A stretch of DNA of 64,000 nt, from contig OX638351.1 in assembly GCA_951813565.1 (NCBI GenBank), positions 3,808,001 through 3,872,000 of the forward strand. The letters run 5' to 3'. The position numbers and the translations under genes are program-made. Shown in pieces: positions 1 to 10,110 of the stretch. How positions within the stretch are numbered: the stretch's first letter is position 1; every line of letters starts with the position of its first letter. This stretch comes from an uncultured Poribacteria bacterium. GTDB taxonomy: Bacteria > Poribacteria > WGA-4E > WGA-3G. The notes beneath the pieces were generated by a model, which had not been told where the DNA came from, searched no databases, and saw nothing but the letters and a program-made list of their open reading frames with translations.

Positions 1-457
1 GGGTTAGGTTTAAGTTTTCAACACCAACTTTTAATATAATATAGGGTTGGTCGGCGTAGCAGGTAAGGTAGTTGTGTATGCGTACACCGGTTGCATCAGA
101 TGAATCACCTTTTTTAGGTGGAGAATCAGATGACTGTTGTGAACTGTCCGAATCACTTTTTTCTCGATGCTCGTTGGTTGTTTTGGTTTCATAAGAAAAC
201 CGTAGGGTTTGATACGTTCCAAACGCATCTGTTTCTACAGGTTCAGTATGAAACTCCCGTAATCCAGCATCTGAGGTTTTCAACGTAGTTCCATCTTTAA
301 GTTCTATCCATGTGAATGCGTTCTTAATAACTCTTTTGCCTTTTTTATCGCTATAATTCCATGTTCCTTTAGACAAATTAAATTCAATTTGGTACTTTTG
401 ATGGTTTATTACGACGAGTTTTCCACGCCGCGAGATGGCTAAGTCCTCAAGTTTCAT
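1..457 (-). CDS. Hypothetical protein, 5' part only (runs off window start)
   Basis: Manually translated: ATG at 457 preceded by AAAGGA, open frame MKLEDLAISRRGKLVV...VENLNLT with no stop to the window edge; absent from ORF track. Confidence 0.7.
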   Translation of the reverse strand, partial: MKLEDLAISRRGKLVVINHQKYQIEFNLSKGTWNYSDKKGKRVIKNAFTWIELKDGTTLKTSDAGLREFHTEPVETDAFGTYQTLRFSYETKTTNEHREKSDSDSSQQSSDSPPKKGDSSDATGVRIHNYLTCYADQPYIILKVGVENLNLT

Positions 458-584
458 GCACGTTTTCCTTTTCCAAGCAAGTAAACACGACTTTAATGTA
501 GGATATTTATGGTAGATTTTACAATTAATGATACACGGTTGCCCGGCGCGCTTATAAAACTCACCTATAATTAGGAATGCACAC

Positions 585-1145
585 CTACAGATAACGGTAG
601 AAGCTTAAACATATATCCCCATACTGTTTTTGTCTATCGCATGTGAGTAATCCAAAATTCAATGGTAGTAAGGTATGTTTACTATGTTCTACGAGAAGTA
701 TTCCTATAGATTCAAGTATGCATGTGTCTGATATATGTGAAAGGCATTTATTGTAAAGTTCCGCATCGTAAGGTGGATCAAAATAAACAAGTTCAAATGC
801 CTCTGATCGCTTATGTAGCGTATTAATACCTTTTACAACATCCGCTTGAATCAACTGGACCTGTGGATTGCTGGCATCTAAACCACATGCTTGTAGATTC
901 TGTTCAATCAATCGGAGACACTTCAGATTTCGTTCCAAGAAGGTTACCTGTTTTGCACCACGACTAAGTGCCTCAATACCGATATTACCAGTACCAGAAC
1001 ATAAGTCAAGAAATCTGGCATTAATCACTTTTTCTTGTAAAATACTAAAAACAGACTCTTTGACTCTATCTGTTGTCGGCCGAACAGTCAGGTTTTTAGG
1101 TGTAGTTAAGCGTCTACCCTTAAATTTGCCTGCGATAACTCGCAT
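585..1145 (-). CDS. rsmD: 16S rRNA (guanine966-N2) methyltransferase
   Basis: MRVIAGKFKGRRL, RPTTDRVKE, LDLCSGTG, EALSRGA, DPPY motifs. Confidence 0.95.
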   Translation of the reverse strand: MRVIAGKFKGRRLTTPKNLTVRPTTDRVKESVFSILQEKVINARFLDLCSGTGNIGIEALSRGAKQVTFLERNLKCLRLIEQNLQACGLDASNPQVQLIQADVVKGINTLHKRSEAFELVYFDPPYDAELYNKCLSHISDTCILESIGILLVEHSKHTLLPLNFGLLTCDRQKQYGDICLSFYRYL

Positions 1146-1228
1146 TTAGACACCTATGTCAGGTATCTGCCATATTGAATGCTCCGTAAATGAAAATTTA
1201 TCTGACAGACACCTGACGGATGCGATTT

Positions 1229-2536
1229 TTAAACAAACAATTCTTTAATTACTGTGCCTTCATTGACAACCCGTATCGGACGACCAGAACGAGAGTAATT
1301 TTCTTCTTCATAATTGATCCCTAAAGCAAAACAGAGTGAAGCAAACAGGTTCGGCACAGCTATCGGATCAGTGATCACTTTTGTCCCATCTTCATTGGTA
1401 CTTCCAATGACCTGTCCACCACGTGTCCCTCCACCTGCTATCACAGCGGACCAACCGTTTGGATGATGATCGCGTCCATCATTCATATTAATTTGCGGTG
1501 TTCGTCCGAATTCTCCAAGCCATAGAACGACGGTTTCGTCAAGCAAATCACGTTGGCTCAGGTCTTTGATCAGCATAGCGAACGCTGGGTCAACTACATC
1601 AAGGAGTTCTTTAGTTCTTTCAAAGTTATTTTCGTGTGTATCCCAACCATCAAGCGTGATCTCAACGAATTTAACGCCAGATTCAACAAGACGTCTTGCC
1701 ATCAAACAACCTTGCCCGAATTGATTCATGCCGTAAGCTTCGCGTATTTCCTTAGGTTCTTCCTTAAGTTCAAACGCTTTAATGTTGGGTGAGTTAATAA
1801 GTTCGTCGGCTTTCTTGTAGATAGCTTCGTGTGCTTCTGTCCCGTGCCCGGGGCGTTTGGAAATAAAATCTTCTTCAAGGTTCTTAAGCATTTTGAGACG
1901 TTCACGAAAACGGTACTTATCCATTTGTGCTGGATATTCAATATCTTCCACTTTTTCCAGCGGGTTACTCACAACAAACGGGTCGTGAGAAGCACCAAGG
2001 AAACCACCAGAGTATGTTGGCGAATTGATATTCACACAACTTGGCAGCTGAGATTCGTCGTCGTCAAGATAATAAGAGGTCAATGAACCCAAGGTGGGGT
2101 GTCGGACTGCACCGCCGGGTGCGTATCCGGTATGTAGTAAATAACGTGCGCGTTCATGGTTGCCTTCGCGAGATACCATTGATCGAATAACAGACAAGTG
2201 ATGTGCTTGTTCAGCAACAAGTGGGAGATGTTCTGAAAACTGAACACCTTTAACACTTGTCGGAATCGGCATGAAAGGACCGCTATTTTTTACTGACGGG
2301 TCTTTTGGGTCGAAGGTATCTAACTGACTTGGGCCACCGCTCATAAACATTACGATGCAATGTTTCGCACGTGGGATAACCTGTTCTAATTGTGCGTTCC
2401 CTGCAGAACCAAAGTGTTGCATTGCAACGAGCCCAAGAAAACTACTTACGCCATACTTGAAAAAACTGCGTCTGGAAATTTCATTATGCCATAATTCAGG
2501 GGTATCATATTCGGGGATCCACAATCCTGATCTCAT
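1229..2536 (-). CDS. DUF1501 domain protein with Tat-like leader
   Basis: SRRSFF leader; GGPSQLDTFDPK, GWDTH, GEFGRTP, GRDHHP motifs. Confidence 0.9.
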   Translation of the reverse strand: MRSGLWIPEYDTPELWHNEISRRSFFKYGVSSFLGLVAMQHFGSAGNAQLEQVIPRAKHCIVMFMSGGPSQLDTFDPKDPSVKNSGPFMPIPTSVKGVQFSEHLPLVAEQAHHLSVIRSMVSREGNHERARYLLHTGYAPGGAVRHPTLGSLTSYYLDDDESQLPSCVNINSPTYSGGFLGASHDPFVVSNPLEKVEDIEYPAQMDKYRFRERLKMLKNLEEDFISKRPGHGTEAHEAIYKKADELINSPNIKAFELKEEPKEIREAYGMNQFGQGCLMARRLVESGVKFVEITLDGWDTHENNFERTKELLDVVDPAFAMLIKDLSQRDLLDETVVLWLGEFGRTPQINMNDGRDHHPNGWSAVIAGGGTRGGQVIGSTNEDGTKVITDPIAVPNLFASLCFALGINYEEENYSRSGRPIRVVNEGTVIKELFV

Positions 2537-2943
2537 TTATTTTACAGCATTTTGAACGCAGGCATCTATGCCAGCAAATGCTTCTCCTAAATTTACCCGC
2601 TACAAAGGTCAAGTTACATTCACACCTGCGGGATAGGTGTCAATTTCTGACGTTGTTAGTCTAAAAAATATATCTGCTCCAATTGCTTTCTTTTTGCGAC
2701 TATATAACATTTTTTTGGTCAACACGCTTACGTCCTAACCCATCTTGACATAAGCTGCTTCCTCAACGACCTTATAGTGTTTGATGGTGGACATCAATAA
2801 TATAATAACATACTTACATTTCAAAAACAAGTTAAAAATCAGGATAAGGAAGAAACACGTTTAGTCGTAACTCATTACGACTTTTTCTTGTAGGATAGCT
2901 CTTTAAGTCCGATAAAGCGCGTAAGGTTTCGCAAATTCTACTC

Positions 2944-3563
2944 CATAGGTGTAAACTTAAGAAAAAAATGCTGGATTTTCTCTTGTGGGAGGGCTTTGTA
3001 AACCCGATCTCCCTCTTACATTGTGGGAGGGCTTTGTAAGCCCGATTATATATCAGTGTATCGGGGTTGAAAACCCGCAGCATGCCATACGCGCATGCTG
3101 CGTTGATTCGCTCCCACAAGAGGATATATCCTTAAGTTTACACCTATGGGTAGAGCTTGCGAAACCCATAGGCGTCAATTTAAGCACATAATTACCAGAT
3201 TGTCTCTTGTGGGAGGGCTTTGTAAGCCCGATATTGTGAGACTCAAACCGTTATATCGGGGTTGAAAACCCGCCAAATGCCATACGCGCATGCTGCGTTG
3301 ATTCACTCCCACAATAGGATATATCCTAAAATTGACGCCTATGAGTAGAGCGAAGCGAAACCTATAGGCTTCAATTTAGTGTCTGATTTTCTTGTAGGAG
3401 GGCTTTCTAAGCCCGATATTGTGAGACTCAAACCGTTATATCGGGGTTGAAAACCCGCCAAATGCCAAAAAGCGCATTTGGCGTTGATTTGGCAGCATGC
3501 CATACGCGCATGCTGCGTTGATTCGCTCCCACAAGAGGATATATCCTAAAATTGACGCCTATG
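2944..3563. repeat. Three tandem MITE-like units (2944-3148, 3167-3343, ~3363-3563), each carrying a GTGGGAG/GTAGGAG REP doublet
   Basis: Each unit bounded by CATAGG(C/T)GTCAA(T/C)TTA...TAA(A/G)TTGAC(G/A)CCTATG-like inverted ends and separated by ~18-19 nt GGTAGAGC..GCGAAACC; internal TCTTGTGGGAG...CTCCCACAAGA. Confidence 0.85.
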
Positions 3564-3787
3564 GGTAGAGCTTACGACACCCGACATGGTAGCAGGCAGG
3601 CGCCGCGTGCCGTAGCAAGTTTTGACACATTAAATCAACAATGTAAGAGGCACAATGAATTGCGCGACTACGAACGCCGATACGCTTAGAATTCGAGCGA
3701 ATCCGCGATTCAGACATCAAAAATCCATCTTGCGAATTATCCCCTGCTGTGCTAATATATCATAAAAGTTTCAAAGGAGATATAAAT

Positions 3788-4657
3788 ATGTTTAAAATCG
3801 GTGTTATCGGAGACGAGGTTTCACAAGACTTCGCCACCGTAGTCAATTTTGTCCAAGAATTCAACTTGGACTCCATAGAGATTCGTTCGGTATGGGACAA
3901 ACTTCCGCATCAACTCACTGATACCGATATAGACGAAATGAAACGTCTACTTGACGGCACAGACATAGAGATAATCGGTGTTGCATCCCCGTTCTTCAAA
4001 TGCGATATGGACAACACGGAGGAACGCAAAGAACATCTTGACATTCTGAAAGGATGTATCCGTACAGCAAAAGCATTTGACACAAACTTGATTCGCACCT
4101 TTGTTTTTTGGGATACCGGTAAAACAGCGGAACGTTGGGACGAAATCATCGCTTCTTACGATGAACCGCGCAAAATAATTGATGGTGAAGGCGTTGTGCT
4201 CGGTATGGAAAATGAATCTACCACCTCACTCAGTACCGCCAAACTCACCGCACAATTCATTGAAGAAATTGACTCTCCGAACATTCGCGGTATTTGGGAC
4301 CCCGCCAATGAAGCACACGCAAAGGGCGGCGTGACACCATATCCTGATGCATACAATCAGATGAAACCGACAATGGTCCATGCACATCTCAAGGATGCTG
4401 CACCAAATCCGGATACAGGTGAAATGGAATCTGTCCCTGTCGGTGACGGCGTTATTGACTGGCAAGGGCAGCTGCAAGCGTTCGTTGATGATGGTTATGA
4501 AGGACATCTCTGTCTTGAAACACACTGGCGGCCTTCTCTCAAAATTGACGATGACCTTCTCAACAAACCGGGTGGAAAAGCCTTTTCTGAAGCAGGAGAA
4601 GAAGCCTCACGTATCTGTATCGAAAAGTTGCAGGCAATGATCGAAAAATTAAAGTAA
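3788..4657 (+). CDS. Sugar phosphate isomerase/epimerase (xylose isomerase-like TIM barrel)
   Basis: LGMENE, WDPAN, HAHLKD, LETH motifs; AAAGGAG RBS before ATG 3788. Confidence 0.85.
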   Translation: MFKIGVIGDEVSQDFATVVNFVQEFNLDSIEIRSVWDKLPHQLTDTDIDEMKRLLDGTDIEIIGVASPFFKCDMDNTEERKEHLDILKGCIRTAKAFDTNLIRTFVFWDTGKTAERWDEIIASYDEPRKIIDGEGVVLGMENESTTSLSTAKLTAQFIEEIDSPNIRGIWDPANEAHAKGGVTPYPDAYNQMKPTMVHAHLKDAAPNPDTGEMESVPVGDGVIDWQGQLQAFVDDGYEGHLCLETHWRPSLKIDDDLLNKPGGKAFSEAGEEASRICIEKLQAMIEKLK

Positions 4658-4669
4658 TAGGCAAATCCA

Positions 4670-5755
4670 ATGAAAATTAAAGCGGTTCGCACCTCGCTTT
4701 ACGACATTCCACCACAAGTCGAACGCACCGACGCTATTCAGGCATTCGTCTCAATGGAATTTCCGTTTATTGAGATTGAAGATGCAGACGGTGTGATAGG
4801 CACTGGCTTTTCTTATACAATCGGCAAAGGTGGTGAAGCGATTAAACAGATTATAGACGCCTACCTCACACCTATTCTTCTGGAAGAGGATGCTGCCAAC
4901 ATAGACCGAATTTGGAATCGGATGTGGATGGAAACGCATTGGGTAGGCAGAGGTGGTATAGTGGGGTTAGGAATGGCAGCAGTGGATATTGCCTTATGGG
5001 ACCTCATGGCGAAGCGAGCAGAATTACCCCTCTATCAACTACTTGGTGGGGCGAGAAGTGCTGTACCTGTTTACAACACAGATGGTGGTTGGTTACATCT
5101 CACAGAAGATGAACTTGTGAGACAATCCGTAGAATTTGTGGAGCAGGGATTCAAAGGTATAAAGATCAAAGTCGGGCGCGACAGTCTACACGAAGACGTA
5201 GCAAGGATATTCGCTGTCAGAAAAGCAATCGGGCAAGACCCCTACCTTATGATTGATGCCAACATGAAGTGGAATGCACGGGAGGCAATTCAACTTGCAT
5301 GCCGTGTGGAAGAAGCAGACCTTTTCTGGTTTGAAGAACCGATTGAGGCGGATGATGTTGATAGTCATGTCGTATTGCGAGAAAAAACAACTATCCCCAT
5401 TGCTATAGGTGAGACGATTTACAATAAATTTGTGTTTCAGGAATACATCACACAAGGCGCGGCAGACATTTTACAACCCGATGCGGTACGTGTCGGTGGT
5501 ATCACTGAATGGATGAAGGTTGCGCATACGGCTGAATGCTTCGGTCTTTCCGTCTCGCCCCACTTTCTGATGGATTTACACGTGCATCTTTCTGCTGCCG
5601 TTCCACATTCACTCTTTGTGGAATATATCCCTTCACTTGATCCTGTGTTGTGCGATACTTTAACTCTCAAAGATGGGAATTTTTCTCCGCCTGATCGTCC
5701 CGGGCACGGCATACTGTTTGATAAAGAAAAATTGAAACAATATCAAATATCGTAA
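4670..5755 (+). CDS. Mandelate racemase/muconate lactonizing enzyme family protein
   Basis: VDIALWDL, KIKVG, MIDAN, WFEEP, GE, QPD, PGHG motifs. Confidence 0.9.
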   Translation: MKIKAVRTSLYDIPPQVERTDAIQAFVSMEFPFIEIEDADGVIGTGFSYTIGKGGEAIKQIIDAYLTPILLEEDAANIDRIWNRMWMETHWVGRGGIVGLGMAAVDIALWDLMAKRAELPLYQLLGGARSAVPVYNTDGGWLHLTEDELVRQSVEFVEQGFKGIKIKVGRDSLHEDVARIFAVRKAIGQDPYLMIDANMKWNAREAIQLACRVEEADLFWFEEPIEADDVDSHVVLREKTTIPIAIGETIYNKFVFQEYITQGAADILQPDAVRVGGITEWMKVAHTAECFGLSVSPHFLMDLHVHLSAAVPHSLFVEYIPSLDPVLCDTLTLKDGNFSPPDRPGHGILFDKEKLKQYQIS

Positions 5756-5899
5756 ACCTGATTGACAACATGTGGTGCTTTGTAAACCCGATTTGTCTTT
5801 CTTGAGGTGATTGTTAAAACCTAATTCAAACGCTAATCAACGCTGTGAATGTGCCTACGGCATTCGGCGACGTGTGCCTACTACCATGAGGAACAACCA

Positions 5900-6610
5900 T
5901 TGAAACTTGAAAATCGCATCGCAATAATTACAGGCGGCGGACGCGGTATCGGTCGTGCTACTGCTTTGGCATTAGCAAAAGAAGGGGCAGATATTGTTCT
6001 CGCTGCACGGACCGAAAATGAGATCGCTGCCGTTGCCGATGAGGTAAAGCAACTCGGCAGACGCGCGCTCGCCATCACAACCGATGTTCAACGTAAAACC
6101 GATGTTGACAGGATGGTATCCGAAACACTTGACATCTTCGGCAAGGTGGATATTCTCGTCAACAACGCAGGTGTGGCTATCCACAATCCGATACCCAAGA
6201 TACGTGAAGAAGATTGGGATGTGACAATGGCAGTAAATCTCAAAGGTGTTTTTCTCTGCACACAAGCTGTCTTTAGCCACATGTGTGGACAGAAATATGG
6301 GCATATTGTCAATGTTTCGTCGGTATCGGGCAAATATGGTCATGTCAACGGTGGTGCATATTGTGCCTCAAAGTTTGCTGTCATCGGTTTTACTGAAACG
6401 ACAAACAATGAAGGCAGACCGCACGGTGTAAAATCTTCAGTTGTCTGTCCCGGTCCGGTTGATACCAAAATGCGCCGCGATAATCACCCTGACGATGTAA
6501 TCGAGCATCTAACACAACCCGAAGATGTAGCGGATCTTATTCTATTTCTTGTATCGCAATCACCCCGCGCGCATACACTTGAGACTGTAATTCGTACCCC
6601 TTTAATGTAA
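5900..6610 (+). CDS. SDR family oxidoreductase
   Basis: TGGGRGIG, NNAG, YCASK; probable TTG start at 5900 after GAGGA. Confidence 0.9.
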   Translation: MKLENRIAIITGGGRGIGRATALALAKEGADIVLAARTENEIAAVADEVKQLGRRALAITTDVQRKTDVDRMVSETLDIFGKVDILVNNAGVAIHNPIPKIREEDWDVTMAVNLKGVFLCTQAVFSHMCGQKYGHIVNVSSVSGKYGHVNGGAYCASKFAVIGFTETTNNEGRPHGVKSSVVCPGPVDTKMRRDNHPDDVIEHLTQPEDVADLILFLVSQSPRAHTLETVIRTPLM

Positions 6611-6619
6611 GGAAAAGTA

Positions 6620-7219
6620 ATGAAATATACACTCTTCGCACTTCCAATTCTCTATCTATTGCTAAGCGGGTGTTCGGTGCCTTCAAATTCTACTAAATCG
6701 TCTGACGCTGTAAAAGGTTTTCGGATCGCGAGAAAGTTAGCATATTATGATTGGACAATTGATCCGGTTGAACGTTATTTCAGCGCGCAGGAATTAGAGT
6801 GGCTTGAAACCAATAAGGAAGCAATTGCAGATGAAATTGCTCTATTTATCGGTGATTATTCTACTCCAGCAATCCTTGTTGCAGGACACCTAAAATTAGA
6901 ATCCTGTTCTCCTATTCTACGTACAATATTGTTCAGTCTTCGGAGTCCTAATGGTGAATCTGGTGGTGATGGTGCTGATTACACACTGGAAGAAACCTTT
7001 CTCCGAGACACTATGTAACCACACCATGTGATGTACATTAAGGCAATTGAAAACATCACCGAACTTCCAATTCAAAAAGCCATAGTGCCAACTAACACAG
7101 AGATAAAACTGTCGCGTTCCTATGCTGAAAAAGCCTCAATAGATGGTGCAATCGGCGAAGCATGGTGCGCAAAGTGGTTGCTTCTAAAATTAAAACCATT
7201 ACCAAATAATGATAGATGA
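6620..7219 (+). pseudogene. Putative lipoprotein split by an in-frame TAA (7016-7018)
   Basis: LLLSGC lipobox; ORF 7028-7219 is in the same frame as 6620-7018. Confidence 0.6.
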
Positions 7220-7258
7220 GATTCAACAAATATCGGAATATTTCATGATTATAACGAC

Positions 7259-7679
7259 TTGTGCCAGTTAAGTGAAAGTTTTGTTGTTTTTCACAATTGT
7301 TCATATTTTGGAATCAACGCCAAATACGCTTTTGGCATTTGGCCGGAGCGATCTCCGAATCGCGACACGTTGGCAGTCGGGAATCGGAGTTCCCTCCTAC
7401 CTTGAGGACAGCAGCTATCGGAAAAGTTGCGGAATGCAAACCCAAACAAGAGGAACATGTGAGATATAAATATACCAAATGTTAACTGGCACAACGCGTG
7501 ATTATAGTAAAATCTAAAAATACCTGGACATTTTCTTAAGGTTAGCGGTGTTTGTAGTCGCGCAATTCATTGCCAAATCAACGCCAAGCGCACTTATGGC
7601 ACTTGTCGCCTCGGACATTTATGGTGTGTTGAAATCTGCATAAGAACAGAATGTCCAAATAATTATGGGTTTCACTATA
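7259..7679. repeat. Two adjacent MITE-like elements with REP cargo
   Basis: TTGTGCCAGTTAA...TTAACTGGCACAA (7259-7494) and TATAGTAAAATC...GGTTTCACTATA (7503-7679); the latter recurs partially at ~50167-50300. Confidence 0.7.
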
Positions 7680-7728
7680 AATGAAATCACCTGGAATAAT
7701 GGCTAAATCTGTCCACGCCTAAAAGAAA

Positions 7729-8493
7729 ATGTATATTGATTCGCACGCACATATTCAACTTTCCCAATTCAATAGTGATCGTGATGCAGTGCTAAAACGT
7801 GCACACGCAGCTGAAATCTCAACTATCCTTGTTATCGGGTTTGATTTAGAAACCAGTCTCGGTGCGGTTGAACTTGCAGAAAAACATAAAAACCTCTACG
7901 CTACCGTGGGGATGCACCCCCATGATGCAAAAGATTTGACCCCCGATGTGCTAAAAACTTTTCGTGACCTGTTAAGTCATCCGAAGGTGATTGCGCTCGG
8001 TGAAATAGGGTTGGATTACTATCGAAATCTATCTCCCCGTGCCGTGCAAAAAGAAGCGTTTGAAAAGCAATTAAACCTTGCCGAAGAGATGGGGATGCCA
8101 ATAATTGTGCATAACCGCGATGCGTATATGGACATTTTACCTATCTTGGAAACGCGACAGGGAAAAATCCAAGGTGTCCTACACTGCTTTACTGGCGATG
8201 TTGAACTCATGCACAGAAGTGCTGAAATTGGATTCCATATCGGCATCGGAGGGATTGTTACATATCCAAGTGCCAAAGACATGCAAGCTGTGGCGATGGA
8301 AATTCCATCAGAAAGGTTATTGATAGAAACCGATTGTCCATGGTTAGCACCGCAATTCCGACGTGGCAAACGAAACGAACCCGCGTACGTTCGCGCAGTT
8401 GCAGAAAAAATTGCCGAACTCCGTAATATCTCCGTAGAAGCAATTGGCAAAATGACAACACACAATTTCAATTCGCTGTTCATAACAGATTAA
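7729..8493 (+). CDS. tatD: TatD family hydrolase/DNase
   Basis: IDSHAH, GMHP, GEIGLDYY, HNRDA, LHCF, ETDCP, NEP motifs. Confidence 0.93.
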   Translation: MYIDSHAHIQLSQFNSDRDAVLKRAHAAEISTILVIGFDLETSLGAVELAEKHKNLYATVGMHPHDAKDLTPDVLKTFRDLLSHPKVIALGEIGLDYYRNLSPRAVQKEAFEKQLNLAEEMGMPIIVHNRDAYMDILPILETRQGKIQGVLHCFTGDVELMHRSAEIGFHIGIGGIVTYPSAKDMQAVAMEIPSERLLIETDCPWLAPQFRRGKRNEPAYVRAVAEKIAELRNISVEAIGKMTTHNFNSLFITD

Positions 8494-8516
8494 GCAGAAG
8501 GACAAAACTATCAAGT

Positions 8517-9626
8517 ATGAAGCATCTGAATCTTCGCATGTATGCTATGGTTATTGCCCTCATCTGTATTTGGGTGATCTTTACGTTGGCGACTGGCGGA
8601 ACCTTCTTCAAAGGTCGCAACCTATTTAACCTCTCTCGTCAAGCCGCAGTAACTGCTATTCTCGCCATCGGCATGGTGCTTGTCATTATCTCTGCCAACA
8701 TCGACCTGTCTGTCGGCTTCGGGGCAGGATTGCTCGGTGCAATTGCCGCGATTCTACACGTTTGGTGGAAACTACCGATTATCTCAACACTTTTCATAGT
8801 TATTTGTATCGGAATCTTGATAGGACTGATACATGGTTTTCTCGTGGCGTATCAGCGTATTCCAGCGTTTATTGTCACGCTCGGCGGATTTTTAGTATAT
8901 CGTGGTCTGATGTTAGCATTTACAAAAGGCGAGACAATCGCGCTCCCTGACAACTGGCTGAAAGCAATTGGTACTGCTCACTTGCCACCGACAGTTGGAT
9001 GGATTCTCATGCTTGTTGGTATCAGTATCAGTGGATATGTGTTTTTCCGACAACTTGCTTCCTTGCAGTTTAGCCGCAATTTTAAAACTTACATATCTCC
9101 GACTTTAAAATTGATTGGTACGTGCGGGTGCATTGTTGCATTTGTCATCGTAATGAATTCTTACAAAGGTATCCCGATTCAGGCGTGCATCCTACTCGGA
9201 TTGGCATTTGTATTTCACTTCATAGCGAACCATACCCGTTTCGGACGTTACGTGTATGCCGTTGGCGGTAATGCGGAGGCAGCCTATCTCTCTGGGATTA
9301 ACGTGCGGAGCGTAACGTTGCGGGTGTTTGCAATCATGGGAGCATTAATGGCGATCGCTGGTATTGTTATGACAGCACGCTTGGGTAGTGCTGGTCCTGA
9401 AGCCGGACGTCTGCTTGAGTTAGATGCTATTGCAGCTTGTGTTATCGGCGGTGCCAGCTTAATGGGTGGGCGCGGTAGCATTTTCGGTGCTATCTTAGGC
9501 GCACTCGTCATGGCAAGCCTGAGCAACGGAATGAGTATGGTAAATATGGGCACCGCATGGCAGGATGTTGTAAAAGGCGTTGTACTCGCTGCAGCTGTTG
9601 GCTTTGACATAGCATCGCGAAAGTGA
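8517..9626 (+). CDS. Sugar ABC transporter permease (XylH/GguB-like)
   Basis: NIDLSVG, PAFIVTLG, GRYVYAVGGN, ELDAIAACVIGG; multiple TM segments. Confidence 0.9.
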   Translation: MKHLNLRMYAMVIALICIWVIFTLATGGTFFKGRNLFNLSRQAAVTAILAIGMVLVIISANIDLSVGFGAGLLGAIAAILHVWWKLPIISTLFIVICIGILIGLIHGFLVAYQRIPAFIVTLGGFLVYRGLMLAFTKGETIALPDNWLKAIGTAHLPPTVGWILMLVGISISGYVFFRQLASLQFSRNFKTYISPTLKLIGTCGCIVAFVIVMNSYKGIPIQACILLGLAFVFHFIANHTRFGRYVYAVGGNAEAAYLSGINVRSVTLRVFAIMGALMAIAGIVMTARLGSAGPEAGRLLELDAIAACVIGGASLMGGRGSIFGAILGALVMASLSNGMSMVNMGTAWQDVVKGVVLAAAVGFDIASRK

Positions 9627-9640
9627 TTTTATGCATGTTG

Positions 9641-9940
9641 GGTTTCGCACGCTCTACCCATAGATGTCAATTTAAAAAAACATGACACACCTATTCCGAC
9701 TCGGTAGGAGCGTTTCTAACCACTCCGTATTATCTCAAAGGGTCTTGTGGGAGGCGTTTTCAACGCCGATATATCGCGCGGACAAAGCGCTCCACAAAGA
9801 GGTCTTGCCAAGAGTGACAACCAGATAAAGTAAGTCCGATTTATTACCCAAAGGTAGGCGCGTTTACAAAACGCGCCTACCAGGGTGGTGTGCCGCTAAA
9901 TTGACAGTTATGGGTTTCGCACGCTGCCACCCAACCTACG
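9641..9940. repeat. CATA...TATG-ended MITE (9659-9912) inside a REP hairpin, with REP cargo
   Basis: CATAGATGTCAATTTA / TAAATTGACAGTTATG ends; flanking direct repeats GGTTTCGCACGCT(CT/GCC)ACC. Confidence 0.8.
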
Positions 9941-10110
9941 AGATAATGTAATATAATCACTTAGAAATGGTATAGGCTGTGGGTACTATGACTCAAACGT
10001 TTTTAAACTACTGCCCAAATTCCTCAATTAAAATCTTTTTCGCATTTTTTTAAACCGTTTTCCTAAATTCTCCCCTCTTTATAACCGAAATCTAATTGGG
10101 AATTCTGTTT

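Noticed and set aside
1158..1217. 15-bp imperfect inverted repeat between DUF1501 gene and rsmD
   Set aside because: Single copy in the window; cannot distinguish a MITE remnant from an RNA hairpin
2560..2830. Possible riboswitch or small ORF upstream of the DUF1501 gene
   Set aside because: Only weak hairpins and a 33-codon frame; no recognisable conserved motif
2832..3191. ORFs 2832-3119 and 2985-3191, and similar ORFs at 7272-7494, 16814-17173, 51698-52364
   Set aside because: They lie over REP/MITE repeats, with no recognisable motif
2944..3563. CRISPR-like or ncRNA array
   Set aside because: Units are ~180-205 bp and recur singly elsewhere in the window as mobile repeats
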